Shown here: positions 1 to 15,229 of the stretch, one piece after another
How the letters are laid out: every line of letters begins with the position of its first letter
Numbering within the stretch: the stretch's first letter is position 1
NCBI RefSeq assembly: GCF_963853765.1
Contig: NC_088862.1
Location: 24,180,001 to 24,244,000, forward strand
Length of the DNA stretch: 64,000 nt
Reading direction: 5' to 3'
Source: Magallana gigas
Lineage: Eukaryota
Notes under the pieces: model-generated
The model's input: only the letters and a program-made list of their open reading frames with translations
Told to the model about the DNA's origin: nothing
Database searches by the model: none
Made by a program: the position numbers and the translations under genes

Positions 1-3000
1 AATATCAATGTATATACATAGATATAAGCTTTGTTGAATGTATATGTGATGTTAAGTCAATAAAATACTTTTATAAAGAGAATTAAAACGAGTTTTAATA
101 TCTGATTGTTGTTTTTTTTTTATTTTCTAACATACACAATATTATCGAAAAATGAAGGGATAAAAACAGATTCTGCTTTTGCTCACAAAGGGGTATTTTT
201 AGAACAATATACGCAAGCATCTCGATATCAAGTCACCTGCTGTTACATTACAATAATAGAATACTACACATTGCCCGTACTAATAATATAACATATTTCA
301 AATCTGCGGCCCACGTGCACCGAACGACACGACAGTTCTATTTTTACATCTTAACGCGTGTGTTTACAATAGTATAAAGCAATGGTATTTTAGTGCATTA
401 GACCTACATTTTTATCGCAAACAAAGAGAGGTGTACATCGATCTAGGTCAGACAGAGAACATAGTAACCATTTTATAAAGCCTAAAAATAACAATACAAA
501 ATATTTTTTTCTCTGAAAATTAAATTAGACTATAAAGCTTAAAATTAAGTTAATTTTTGAAGGTCTGACAAGATGGGCCTATTAATTTTCTACAATTCTT
601 GGGGGTAATAAGCTTTTGCTGTTGTTTTTTTCTTCTGCTTTTTGATTTTTGTTTTGTTTTGTTTTTTTGAGTTGTTTTTTGGTTTTGTTTTGTTTTACGA
701 CGCAAAATTTCATATTCCAAACCCCCCCCCCCCCCCGATGATAATGATAATAACAAAACCATTAATGACTCGCCCTAGTAGTTAAAAGCTGAGGGGTTTT
801 ATCAAACTGTTTCATTATGGCACGTTACATTTTTGCGCTACCTCGCACGTTTAAAGTATAATGCGCAACGAAGGTCACGCTACACACATGCCTTTGCCTG
901 CAGAAGACTTCGAGCTTCTGATAACGGTAAAGACAAACCAGGCACTAGAGCAAAGGAAAAGGGAAACATGTGTATGTAGGAAAAAAAACATCTTGTGAGG
1001 TTTTAAATTTTGTTATACAGGAGCGATATTGACATAACGATAAAACAATTTCTTAAATAAACTATCAAAGATTAAACTGCCTGTCGATTCAGAAGTTTCA
1101 GAAACTCACAACGGAAGTAGAAAACGCAGATTAATATTATGTCTGTTAAAGCGAAAAGATCTCGTTAAAATCAGGGGGTAATTCCGACGAGATATTAAGA
1201 AAAACAAAATACGATCAATTTAGTTCGAGGAACAGGTAAAAAAAAAACCAATCGTTAGAAATAATATAACATTAAAAACTTACTTTTAATTCTCGGAAAT
1301 AGGGATCAGAGTCAATTCAATAACAATAATATTGTGACGTGCTGTAAATAACCATTCATAAATACGACTCCCACGTTCTTGAGTGCCTCTATATCAAATA
1401 TCGAGTCCCCGGCATATATACAACATTTCCTTAAATTTCGTATGCAAATCACATAAAAAAAAATCCACCCTTATTCACCTTTTTTCTCAAGTTCTTTTCC
1501 TAACATAAAGAAAACCGCCATCAAGGTAAAAACATTTTTTTTTCTTAGAGTTAATTTTATGAATCGTGGCTTGTATTTCTCCCAGCCCTCTTTTGATCAA
1601 AGTGAGGGTTCAGTTTTGGGCTACTGATTGTATCCGTCGATCTCTCGAGTCAGGTGAATACCAGAATTCTCTCTTTGTTGGGATTATAAGTTATTATTCT
1701 TTAAAGCGGGAACCCAAAGCCCCTGTGTAGCGTTACAATGAGATATCAACAGCGCATGCCTCAGTGCTTCTTCTTTTTATACCCACCAAGTATGCCCACA
1801 CCGGTGAAATATACAATGTATGCTCTTCTCAGTGTACATCAACAGGAGCTGTTCAGATTGCAGCTTTTCCTTAATGTAAAATTGTTTCATACGTCATATA
1901 CACTTGTGTTAAAAGGGCGTGCATGATATTTCTGAGATTACTTTTAAACTTAAAAAAAAAAATTCGACCGCAGATTTTTTAAGAAGAAAAAAAATTGTAC
2001 CAAAACGGTTGTGCATCAAGAGATCTTGTAATTTTTGCTAACAAGGTCTATTTAAATGCACATCGGTTATTAGTAGAAGATGTATTCTGAGACGCATTTT
2101 CGTAATCGTAATTACACCTATGACGTGGAATCTTTTAAAATTATATACCAATTTATTTCTAGATCCGTCCATAATTATTCTATTTTAAAATCAAGGAACA
2201 AACTTTTCAGTTTGATATTAGTTTTTATAATTATCATACTTCATTAACAGTACCAATATCGCACAATTTATCTAACTGAATGTATTTATATTGCTCTATC
2301 TAATTGGAATCTTACAATATATGATTAGAATTATGTACATTGTGTGAGGTGGGTTTCAAAAGACAAAGTGCTATCCTATGTTTCTAACATGATCAAATAT
2401 TGTTTAAAATCATTTGAATAAATAGCCACAAATTTTAAGCAAGACTCTGAAAACAGTTTTAATAATTCCTTGTTACACTGATCTGCTGGAAGATTTTCAA
2501 ACTGGTAACTAAAATTGTTACTGTATACAATTCCACAAAACACTTTGAACTCACATCATTTTAAAATTACAGCTCAATGAAGTCAGCTATTCATTTATTT
2601 TAAGCCCTAGGTGTGTTGGAAAATATAGTTTAAAAACAAAACTCTTAATAATTCCATTTCCGCATATATCTCAAATTTTTTCAAAACTGCAAATTACTAG
2701 TACATGTATATTGCAGATGTATACAACAGTGAATATTTTCGATGTCTCCTTAGTTGAAGCATGCAGTAAAACTGCAGTACAAAACTGGATGTAAATTATT
2801 AATTTTTACTTACTTGTACCTGGTTAACTGTTCTAACATTTCTTGAACATCTATCATTAAACGATATAGAGGTCTTCTCTCCAACAACTTAAGCAAAATA
2901 ATAATGGATTTATTTTGTTGTCGTTTACGAAGTAAAGATTACTTGTATGGTTTTTTAAATCCTTTAAAAAACCCATTTCCTTAATATTTGCAAATATCGA

Positions 3001-3742
3001 GGAAAGATGAAGCTCTAATGTTTTAAAACAACAAGAATATCAGAGCTATTTTGGTTATATTTTTTCTTAGCGATTCTAAAGATCTCTTCTTTTTCCCCAA
3101 AACAAAAAAACTTAAACAAAATTAGCCAACTGCAACAAAACGGGAAATATTTTTTATAGCATTGTTCCTAAATGATTCCTATTTTTGACATATAGTTCCT
3201 CACAATTTATTTTTATATAATCATCATTTGTATTTCCTTGTGTGTTTTTCATTTGAAATTGAAATAAATTATGCATAATCCCCTGTTGTTTCTTTCAAAT
3301 ACCATATTTATCATTTCTAGAAAATAGAATTGCAAGAATGAGTATTTTTCTTTATTTATTGATTTTTCTACGTACATGTAACACGTATATGTTTTATTTA
3401 AAAATGCTCATCATTCAGATATGTTTATTATACATTTCATAGTTTCCGTACCTCAAAATGCCTCGTCATTTAATCATTATTTTGTTGGAAAATATTGAAA
3501 AAAGACAAAACTTCAAAATTTAAATAAAATGAAGTGGAGGGTGGGAACGTATAATTAAACATAACAGGCTGCTGTTTTATTGTTAATATCCTAAAATATC
3601 ATACATGTATGATACCAATATGTTCATATAGTTTATGACTTCTATTTAAGAGATAGGGCGAATTAAGTTTTTGATCTTTTGCCTAATCCCAGTTTTAATT
3701 TTGTACAATAAATATGTTCAAATCAAACTATTAAAGGGATAT

Positions 3743-3880
3743 GGAATCATTCTTTGAGTATTTATGAGGTGATAACTACAGTCGGTGGTGAACAAATCAA
3801 ATAAAGCCCGAAGGCCATATCATAGATGTGATCACACCTGACAGTATTTGATCACCTCATCAAATTCAAAGAATGGTTCC
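3743..3880. repeat. Degenerate palindromic element with GCCCGAAGGC apex (Crypton-like non-autonomous type)
   Basis: Left arm ggaatcattctttgagtatttatgaggtgat matches the reverse complement of the right arm (ggaaccattctttgaatttgatgaggtgat); centre gcccgaaggc. Confidence 0.55.
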
Positions 3881-6800
3881 TTATTACAGATGTTTATCTT
3901 ATTTTCAGCAATTGTACTTTTAAATTTTAAAATAGTCATTGACGAAATGCATCGAACTATATGTTAAAAACTCGTTTCGTATTGTTACAGTATTATTCAC
4001 AAAGAAAGTAGGAAGTTAAAGGTAAGTATTGAAATTCAAAGTAATTATACAAGTCCCAGAAATGTGCGTCTGAATAAGAAGTAGTATTAATTCCTATTAA
4101 TAGAAAAACCGTCATTATCATTATTGGAAGGTTATTCTATCATTATAGAATTTTCTTTAAAATCATGCATATTGGTTCTATCTGCAATTGACTCTAATGA
4201 TTGGGGTATCTTGCTACATGGTATATTGGTTTAATACATTGTCATACTTAAACTAGTTAAACAATGCCCCAAAATACCTATAATTTCTTCTAAATTAATC
4301 AGATGATCTGTGTTTAATTCTCTCCAGCACAAGAATACAACACAACCGCTTTTTAATACGCTAAATCATCATGGTGTCTTTCCCAATCGTAATTCTCCTC
4401 TTTAGAACACCTATTCGTTGCCAAGTATTTTGAGTATCCTTGGCAATGTTCCATATTGAGAGGTTGCAAAATTCATTACAAGTGGTTTTTATGCATGCAG
4501 CGTTTTCCACTGCTTTTTACTTCCTTGATTCGAGAAAATTAAAAACTTTTTTTTCTCTTTTATTTATGATATGAATTCTGTAAAATCTGAAGTATTTTTT
4601 ACACGATTAATTGGACACAGCTTACATTAATTTTTGGTGCACTGTACAATTGTAATTTGTGTGTATTTTTGATTAGATAAAAAAGTTATAATTGATACTT
4701 CTTCTCGAACATTTTATATTGACATTCACGAAATAAATTCAGATATAATAACATCACAGAGCAATTTAGGGATAACCCAGCGGACATGTTCTTATCAAAA
4801 ACGTTAAGTGTCATTGCTTCGTTCGTACTGACAACCCCCATCTGGTATCCTAGCATCATCAATTAAATGTCCATTCAAATTATCTCCCGGCATTCAGCAG
4901 TTAAAGTCCCCGGATGAACACGTGCTCGGAATAGCGATATAAAGTGAGGCTGTAATTTATTGGGTTAAAGCCTTAGAAATACGGCGGTTGTTAGTGTGAT
5001 GTTTGTTTATATTGTATATCATAATGCCCCGAACACCCAAATATTTGAATGGGTCATTGCCCGCTCTTTGATATTGACTCTCTTTAGCTTGTTTGCTTTA
5101 AAGTTTCTTAAGATTCATTCAACTTTTACGCTACATTTGAATTCAACGTTGCGTCAAAAAATTTATGAACTATTCTGCACTTAATTTTTAAAGTCTTAAT
5201 TTAAAACAGCCGATATATTGAATTTAACTTAATGTGTATGTTACACAATCTTTTTATTTTTCGATTTTTGTAATAGCATACTGATATTAGATAAAATGAA
5301 ATATAATTCATTTGTTTGTCTACAAATTTTTACCTAAATAATTTAAAAGACATACATTTTAAAGTTGTTGCAGTCATTTTCATCTGTTCGAAAAAAAAAA
5401 CATTTTTCATATTGTACTTAAAATCATCATTAGGTTTATTATATGTTATTTAGCATTACACTTACATCTATAAAAATACTTATATATTCATTGGGTATAT
5501 ATTTATTTGATAATCCTATATGTTGAACGTAAATTCCTTATCAAACAATAAATATACAACGTAATCGGACGTGTACGTTTTAAAAGTCTAAATTTATGGT
5601 CTAAAACCTAAACGTTAAGGACAACTTCACGAATTCCGAACTTGAGAGGCGGCCTTAAGATCAATGCAAATATTTACAAAACATTCTTTTCCTGCGAATT
5701 CCATTTCACAGTGTCCCTTAACTTTCCTGGGTTTTTTTTCCAATTCTGATATACTATTCCTTCTCGATGTAAATTACGGGAACATATATATATTTATATA
5801 TATGGGTTACTTTTTATACTATTTACACAGAGTTAGAGGTCAATACAATTTTGTCCAAATCAACTGAATTGCAATACAGTTTATCTATTTACAAGCTTAT
5901 TTACAAACAGATAAGATTATACGACAAACTGAAAGCTTACTGGGTTTAGTAATTTGATATCGTTGACTTTATACTGTGTTTTTATTTTATTTTATTGTCA
6001 GTGGACAGACGTATTGCAGATTTTTTAACAAACTGAGCTTTCACGATGTGAGATAGTCGGAATAGACTTTTAATTTGCTTGTTCTGTTGCATTTGAATAT
6101 TATATTAACAGATTCTGAACTAAATACATTACAAAACACCCATTTAAAATTTCAATTTGAAGATAAACATATATAAAGATATAAAGAATAATAAATTTTA
6201 TTTTAATATAAGTGGGTTTAATTTATTACTTTTTGTTTTCTATGCTAAAACATAAGCGGAATTACTAACTATATTAATTACAATAAAAAGTACACTAACT
6301 TTAGCAATGAAAGTTCTCATTTCTTTGATGAAGCGTTAATATATAATTAAATTTTGTAAAATGAATCGGTTTTTAAATTGAATAACTTTGCAAGATGGGG
6401 GTCTTTCTATTATCATGTCTTAGTGAAGAAATATAATCTTTTCATGCAGATCTTTATCAAACCTTAGTTTATAAAATAATTTATTGCCCTTACTTTTTAC
6501 GATTTGTGTTTAAGAAGTTTTTTTTTCATCATCTATATAATTTTCAACATGTAAAAAACACAATGAAATTCATGATATCCAAAACATAAGTAATAGGAGA
6601 TTATTTATACGTTTCGGCTTTAATGAACAACCTTACGAATAAAACTGTATCGTTTTTCGTAAATAGCAGTCAAGTAAAAAAAAACCCACACTTAATTGTT
6701 TTCTCGATTTTATGCATAAATTATACATAAAAGTAAAAGTGCGAGAGACGAAAAAGAAAAATTTCAGTCAAGAAAGTACGTAAGGTACTAAACGACACCT

Positions 6801-8440
6801 AGAAGTAAAAAAAAAACACACAAGTTTCGCTGCCTCGCCATGACAGACGGATCTTATCAGATGATTCGTACAAAGCCCCCGTGTATTTATTGTGTTTCTC
6901 TCGTCCCTCGTTTCTTCACTTTATCGCTCTGAATAGTGTAATTTGTATAGTCTGAGCAAGTCGTTCTGGCGTCATAGCAAGGCACTTGAAACTAACAAGG
7001 TTTTTTTTTTTCTTTTTGGAAGGAGCATGAAACTTACACGATTACCTGTGTGTTTTTTTTAGTCTGTTTACGACTGTGACGATGTTAATAGGTGTAAAAA
7101 CAAAATTCAGACCATTTCTTTTTTTTTTTGTTTAAAAAACAAAACCAAAACCATAAAAAAAAATTACCCAGAAGGTGGACATTGCTATAGAACAGAAGGC
7201 ATGACCTAGTTTTATAAATGTTGTTTTATCTTATTCAGATGAAAATTATTCTACAATAAGGTAACATTACGATTTGGAGGAAAGGCTTATTGGTTTTTTT
7301 TAATGTGGGTTTTATACACTGTTCAAACTACAATTTTCTCTCCATCTAAGAGAATAAGACACAGAATTGTTATCGTACATACTAATTTTTGACCTTTATA
7401 GGTCAAGTATACTTTTAACTAATCAAATCTACATTTATACTATTATTAGCAATGCTAATGAGATATTTTTTTTCTCGGGGGAGGGGAGGTTCGAAAAAAT
7501 GATTTCTCGAAGTAGTGCCAACTAAGACATAGTCTTAAAATGTGTCAAATTTGGAAGGAATTTCAAACTTCTATTACCCTTGATGTGGTTTTTTATGACC
7601 CATTGTCTTATGCTCCAAAGGTCACGTGATGACCCCAATGCTTGGTTGTCCCATGAACCACAATGCTCAACGAGGACATCTCATTTCATACGCTATGCTT
7701 TCAATGTTAAAACCTTTATTTTCAGGAACACTTTATGCAAATGATTTGAATATTCATGTGACATTTATTGTCTAAGATTAAACCAAAAAACACATAATTA
7801 TACACATGTAAGAGGAGCATAAAGATATACTCTGTAGTCGTTGGTTCTATGACGTAACGGTATTGCAAGCTTCTGATCTTTGGGAGGAGAAGAAAACCCC
7901 GACTTCAATTATAGCTCTAGCGCTTACAGAAATTAACAAAAGAATGTGAAAATTCTTTCGATGGGGGAAAACATGGCTTGAATTACATTAAAAAAAAACT
8001 AAATGAATGAAATTTATGCTAATACCGGTATTTCTATATGCTCTTGCGTTCATGTTTTTGGGGAACACATGAATTATTTTCTCCGTGACGATTCGGTGTC
8101 AAAGTTCAGATAAAATTAGGAACTCTTCCTTGTGTAAACGGAACGACGGTGCTGGTTCTCTGTTACGGAATTTATTGTCGTCGTATTACATTGTATAGAA
8201 CAGTTCTTTGTTTCTTGGGTTTCTTTTGTTACACTGCGCGGTTAACTTTAAGCGGTGGATTAGGACGAAGTCGAAAAACAACGAAGCCTAACTGAATTTC
8301 TCGTGGAAAAAAACCCCAAATAGAATTGTTTTAACTTGTAAAATATGATAATGTTTTATCATATATATGTTTTATACAAATGTAATTAATTTCATCTTTA
8401 ATTTCTTTCGTAAATGTTGGGGCATCTTTTGTACAATCGT

Positions 8441-8444
<4 letters not shown>

Positions 8445-8497
<53 letters not shown>
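8445..8497. repeat. (CT)n microsatellite
   Basis: Perfect dinucleotide run. Confidence 0.98.
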
Positions 8498-8501
<4 letters not shown>

Positions 8502-8927
8502 TGTCGCCAACTACCGATACTCTAAAAGCAATCATTGGTACAGGATTAATCATTTTAGTTAGACAAAATATCGAGGTTCATTACGATTAAACTTGTAATA
8601 TCTGTAAATCATGCTTATTGCAATATTATGTACGCATTTTTTTCGGTTTTCATCAGATAAGAAATCAAATAAATATACATAAACATCGTAGAAAATACTG
8701 ACTTTCGTAGAGGTAAGGCGAATCAGACCAGATCAAGTCGTTCGGTAATTCAGATGATTTTAAAATTTCCTCAACAATTTCAAAACGACGTTAAACCCTA
8801 ACAAGTTAAGAAGTAGAAATTAAAATAAAAATTGAATAACAAAATGTACGGTTGTTGTAAAAAAAAAAACCAAGTAGTGCAACTAGTGTAATTAACGATA
8901 ACAAATTGGATATGACTACAGTACATG

Positions 8928-9146
8928 TACTTCGGAAACATTGAAATTCGTGGGGGTCAATTTTCGTAGATTGCTTAAACTTTACATGTTGAAACGTAAT
9001 TGCACGTTTTCTCTTATAAAAGCTTAAGGAAATGTGACTTTCTAACCCTAATTAATTAATTCGTGGAGGATGATAATTCATGAATGAGAGGTACCCACGA
9101 ATTCCACGAAAATTGAGCCACCACGAAATCTAATGATTCCACAGTA
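8928..9146. mobile_element. TA-flanked MITE (tactgtgg...ccacagta family)
   Basis: Imperfect TIRs tacttcggaaacattgaaattcgtgggggtcaattttcgt / cgaaaattgagccaccacgaaatctaatgattccacagta; relatives at 31201 and 59693. Confidence 0.75.
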
Positions 9147-12060
9147 ACCCATCAGATAAATTCTTTCTCTAAAAAATCGATTATTCCTTCTTTTGCTATG
9201 AATCCTTTAGAGAATACTCAAAGAATATTAATGATTATTTATTTTCTGATGTATACATAAAACGTATATTTACTATGAAACCTTTATTGGTAAATTCTTT
9301 GCCTCATCTTTTCAGCACTTACGTGTAATTTCTCCCCCATCCCAACAATAAAATTTGATTCTGTTAAAAAACCGCCCCAGGAAATGATTCTTTTTTAAAT
9401 AAAAATGAAATTTTAATGGAATATATACCTTTTTAAAAAGGACCCGTATCTTGTATCTGCAATTCTCATTAGGGCTTTTGAGAATCAATTATTTTTAGCT
9501 TTATTTTGATAATGTGTGAATGCACATGTTTTTTTTTATCTTTCTTACATGTCAAACTACTGCAACAAAAAGTGCATTATAGTCTTGTGCGCTTCTTCTT
9601 GAGAGATGAACACTTTACTTCAAATAAATCAAATAAAGCTTTCGGATTGCCAACCTGCATACGAATGTCAAGAAAATACCTCAGTTATACGAATACTTTC
9701 ACTTTTCATAATTTGTCCATTGCCAATAGTAAACGCATGGGACAATGCAATTCTATGGACTCCATCTGAAGTTATTGCATTAATTTTAATCGATCAATTT
9801 TCTATTTCTTAAAATAATGACCTTTATGTTATTGTTTTTATGTATAAAAGACTGGTGGGGATTAGTTTGTTGATGAGAAAAAAAGTGATACAATGTACAC
9901 GAAATCCTTTTTTACGATTAAGTTGATGTTTTCTCTGATATGTCGGTACAACGTTTTATTGTTGTCATATTATTAATTTAAAAACTACACTGGGTAGTTG
10001 TAAATACAAAATTAAATATTGTAATATGACAATTAACTTCGTATTTAAGCCCACCTAGTTAATTCAAAACTTACAATATGGTGTTGTGACGTAATTTCTT
10101 TTGAAATAAACAGTAAAATTAAGCATAACCTTGTTGGTATTTCCTTTTATAATCTTGTTATCAAACAGCATTGCGCAATATGATAAAGTGTCAGCTTTAT
10201 TGCTTCACAGGTCTTGAGCTCAAAACCCGTTGGGGCTTTTTACCCAATTTTTACCTTTCAGAATATTTTGAAAATGTCTTTAATGGTCAAATATTACACA
10301 GATTGAGAATTTTTAAACGGTGAGTTAAGTATATTTTGAACATGATGCACCTTTCTTTATATCTCAAAATGTTTAACACCACTTGAAGTGATAGAAAGGT
10401 GTGAGTTGAAAGTTTTTCTTATGTTCTCAACACAATTTATCAAAACATGAATAAAACGAACGCTGCTGTGTCAATTATCGTCCGTGCAAATCCTGAAGAA
10501 GTAACAGTTCTCGAATTTTAGAACAGGCATCGGTTGGAAATGCTCGGAATAATAAATAAAACCTCTCGCTGTAGCTATTTGATCACGCACAGGGCGTCTC
10601 CTATCGTACATCGCCACTATAGTTCGGAGGTTCAGTCCAGTGTGTGTCAACAAGAACAAGTCAACAAACTCCTCCTATACCCTTAAGGGGGTTTCACAAA
10701 ATAGAGAAAAATGTCCAAAAAATCGACTGCTTCCAAATATGCAGTTTAAAAAAAAAGAAATAAAAGAAAAAAGAAACAGTGATAAATCAGGCAAAGGTTA
10801 AATATCGAACAGGCAGTCTTATAATAAAGAAAAAATAACGGATATAAAAAAAAAGATTCTGAGATATTTCCAATGGATTACGTTTGGCTTTTCTGTGCCG
10901 TTCTAGTGAAGAACTTTTCATGGGGTGGTTTATATACGATTCGCTAGAACAAGACCGCTTTCCCATTTTTACACACGGCTTTTAATATAAAATCTCTGAC
11001 ATAAAATCAATGAGCCGGCAGAGATTAGCACTCGCATCCGAGGTTACCCGAGGACATGTCCGGGAATGAATCGATTTTCAGTTTCCGCTTCGACATCGAC
11101 GCTCGGCGCATGTGCACTGTGTCGTGTCAAGTCAAATTCTAAAGTTCTGCGTCGGCGGAAGTGGGTGTTGTGTATCCAGGGTTCTTTATAGATTATAGCA
11201 TGCAGAATATAGATTAATGCATTCATTGAGCTCAGATAGACGCAGGGCACATGTTGATTGAAAATCGATACACGTTAATTTTTTTGGCCCAACTGCGTTA
11301 TAACTTGGGGAGAAAATTAAACAACTCTGTAGTGTCAAAACGAATCTATGGACAACCAAGTTTCAGGGGGAAAAGCGTTCGTTACGCGCTTTTCAAGGCT
11401 GGGTTTAATTAAGTCTTTTGCATTAGGAAAAATCCCCTATGTACCGAGAGCTAAACCGAGAGAACAATGCGAAAACAATAACCTGCCAATGGAAAACGTT
11501 TCTAGCTTCCCCTAAGACACTCCAGGGAATCGAATTCCACGGGAAAAGAAACTTTTTTTATGGCGGAAATATTGACATTTTCACATGATAAAACAAAACT
11601 TGACTCAATGTTTCGAAATGTAGAATTTAATTACCAATGTATTGCGTAACACTGCAACAGAAGATTTTTTTTAGTCTAGCATTTCATTTTTTTTAGTCTT
11701 ACATTTCATTTTTTCTTTTTATCATAATAGTAGTAAATGTTTTACAAGACGAATTATATTGGTTAGTTTTACAAATTACTGAGAAATCTCAGAGTCTTGT
11801 CAGAGAATTCTGCTGGTGAAGAAATAATTTTTTTAATTTAGTGTTTTTCATAAAAAGAGATCCAATATTGAATGTCATTCTCGTAAATCCCAAAGATTAT
11901 CCTAAATGTAATCGAGGTCAAAAACAATATGATAAAAATCTCTGTACTGTAACAAAAAATGAAACCATTTGAATAAAATAACAATTCAGGAAATGGAAAT
12001 TTTGTGGCTTTTAGTTCTTCTTGGTATTCTGATAAGCCAATTAAAAGAATAAATCATTGT

Positions 12061-12063
<3 letters not shown>

Positions 12064-12118
<55 letters not shown>
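12064..12118. repeat. (AG)n microsatellite
   Basis: Perfect run. Confidence 0.98.
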
Positions 12119-12121
<3 letters not shown>

Positions 12122-12252
12122 CCCCTAGGGATTCGTTTGGGATAACGTTAATGTTATTTTCTGATTAACGATATTATAGAGTACATGATTTGCATAAACC
12201 AGTAAGGTTCATAGAATGTGTTTTACATGGTATAGCTGATACGAATGTAAAC

Positions 12253-12254
<2 letters not shown>

Positions 12255-12342
<88 letters not shown>
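12255..12342. repeat. (AT)n microsatellite
   Basis: Perfect run. Confidence 0.98.
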
Positions 12343-12345
<3 letters not shown>

Positions 12346-13300
12346 TCATGAGCGAAAATAATACTGGGCTGTACTCTTAAAAGAGCCTCAGTCTTCTAAT
12401 CAAACCTTCCAATGAATACAAGAGTACCCCCCCCCCCCCCCCCTTGTTTTATTAAGACTATTTGTCATATTAATACAGAAAGTGTTTCGTTATACATCCG
12501 TACATTGTAATTATTTTATTTTCAGTCATAACATGTTACCTTTTTTTATTTTAAAAAATGAAATCTTCAATTCTACATAATTAACTCAGATTTAACTTTT
12601 TCATTTTCTATTTAACAATTCGCATATTTTTCTTGCTATTGGTGCGTGGACACGTGCATATCATGTGCGTTTTATTAACAAAAGACTATAAATTCATAAT
12701 AACTGCATGCATGCACTCGATTTTACAAGTATTCATAGTTTGGGGAAAACATGCATATAATTCCGTGTGTTCAAGGAACAAACAACCTATATATCTCGGT
12801 GAGAGGCGGAAGTTGAACTTGTCGGATGCATATCAAATAACGCAGTTCCTTGTTCATAAACATATCGACTGTCATCAGCATTCAATGTTACGTAATGCAC
12901 ACACGATGTCAATTCATCCTGTATATTTTTCAAGTTTACAATTTAAGTTGACACACAAACATGTAAAAAAAAATTTTTTTTTTAAATTTGAAAGTTAAAT
13001 ATTATATATCGTATCCTTATGAGAATTCCTGCACAACTTGACTTTTTTGTTCAAGCTAGCTGTATTGATTTTTTTTTCGCGGGGCATAGTTTTGTTTTGT
13101 CATACTTTTAATATCTTACGTTATTTTGTGTTCAGAGTTTTTATTACAATACTATCCTAAAGATATTGAATGAATTATTACTCGGTAAGTAAGTCAACAG
13201 CTTAAAATGCAGTTATATAGAAGGTTGAATTTGTGACGAATAGCTCTTGTGGGCGTTAAACGGCGCGCGCTCACTTATGCATCTAATGCAAAAGGCACGT

Positions 13301-13301
<1 letters not shown>

Positions 13302-13360
<59 letters not shown>
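13302..13360. repeat. (CT)n microsatellite
   Basis: Perfect run; source of spurious SLSLSL ORFs. Confidence 0.98.
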
Positions 13361-13362
<2 letters not shown>

Positions 13363-15229
13363 GCTTACTTATACGCGTGTGCGTTCAAAGGTTATAATTT
13401 CAGGCTTAATATACACGTATATATTAAAAAAAAAATTAAATAAGGGCAATTAATGATTTTAATAAGTAAAATTTTTCTAAAAAGTTCAATTAAGTAAACC
13501 CGTCCTTCCCCCCTTCCCCTCTTTGACGTTGGGGAAGTTAAATGAAAATTGAACCACCCCCCCCCCCCCCCGACATTCCCACACCCTCCAAAAAAAGTCT
13601 ATCACTGCAGTGATAAGGCACATATTGGGAAAATCCTGGAGAATCGTTAACAAAATCCTAGGAAAAATAAATCACTCTCTGCATTCTTTCGAACAGATAA
13701 ACAGCCCATTAGAAAGAGAAAATTTGCACAGCTTAAAAATCCTTGCCAATTTCCTCGCACCAATTCAAAATAGCGAAAACCCAGCCGCGATCATCAACTT
13801 GCGACTTTGCAGCAAAATCTATTAAAAGATGCGCAGATATCGCGCTGGAAAAGACATCGTAAAATTGCAATGAAAACCCCCCTTTTTAACCCTATATTAT
13901 ATTTTTCTCTCTTCCCGTTCAGTTTCTTCCTTGCTCGCCTGAAGACCACTGTGTCGACGCTCTGCTGTCGGAATTTTTATTCCAATATCTCAAATAAACG
14001 AAAATCGATTCAGAAAGCACCAGAGACCTGGTAATCATAAAACACTACTGGCACCGAGAGAAGAAAAAAAATAATCGGCGGCTGCTTTACAATGAAAGGG
14101 CTTATATGCGGAATCCATGGATATTGAATACATAATCACGTAAAAACAAGCATAACTGTCAAATACAGATGTAAATCTTTGAAACATTAACTCTTATGGG
14201 ATGATTTCGCCATAAAATTTTCAAAGCCATCCTTTTTTTCTTCCAAGAGGCATTTTTTTTTTAAATTTTCCATAGCAATGATGTAATCTTTCTTTCTTTT
14301 TCAAAATTGAAACTTTCTAGTTCTTTCTCATATATTGAATTCTACAAAAAAAAAATTTTCTGAAAGAGAATGGCAGTTCTAGTAGCATGTACAAGTTTGC
14401 CTTATTGAATAATAAGTATACGAAAGTGGGATCTAATTGACGGAAAAGAAATTAAAAGTGATGTAATATCATACTCATATTTTCGGTTTTTCTATTACAT
14501 GTGTAGGTGACCTAAGTGACTGGCTTGGACTATGATTGGCCAGATTTTTTTATACGCCTTATATTTTTTAAGAGCAAAGTAAGTAACTAAAAAGTTCGTA
14601 TGTACTTACATCGCAAGAACAAGTTCATAACTTACTCCAGTTATAAGTGGCTTTTCCTAGGAAATGCGAGAAAAAATTATGTGTAACACGATTTTTTAAT
14701 TTTCCGTTCTTAACTTATTAATAACCGTAAAATGAAAACTATAGTTATATACCAGGCACTAGTAAATTTTCATTTGATTAATTAAGTATAACGCAATTAA
14801 AAGTATCCGCATATTTTTAAATTTCATTATATTCAACAGAAAGAAAAAAAAAGGTTTTAATTGATCGATTTTTTTTTGGTAAAGGAAGGATTTCCCTATT
14901 TTAAAAAAGAAATTAGCATGTGTATGTATTTTTCCATTACAAATCGTAGTACACACTTTTAATTCCGAGAGCTAGCGTAGAGATTAAATTATTTAGGTCG
15001 CATTCGGCACAGCATGCATTTCTCACCATGAATTGACATGCCATTATCTCAAACGCGTGTTTAAATTCCACGTCGAACGAGTCTCCCCCTTTATCGCAGG
15101 GAGAGAAAAACCTTTACACGTGTGTTGCATGTCTGTGATCTGATTACACGCTGGTGTGCAATCGACAGAAATAATCGGTGTGTCGGCCTGACCAACATTT
15201 TCTGTGTGCGTGTGTGTATTGAGTAAACT

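Noticed and set aside
3991-13184. Plus-strand mini-exon candidates at 3991-4021, 7239-7260 and 13136-13184
   Set aside because: About 20 GTAAGT per strand are expected by chance in this composition; no coherent reading-frame chain or recognisable peptide.
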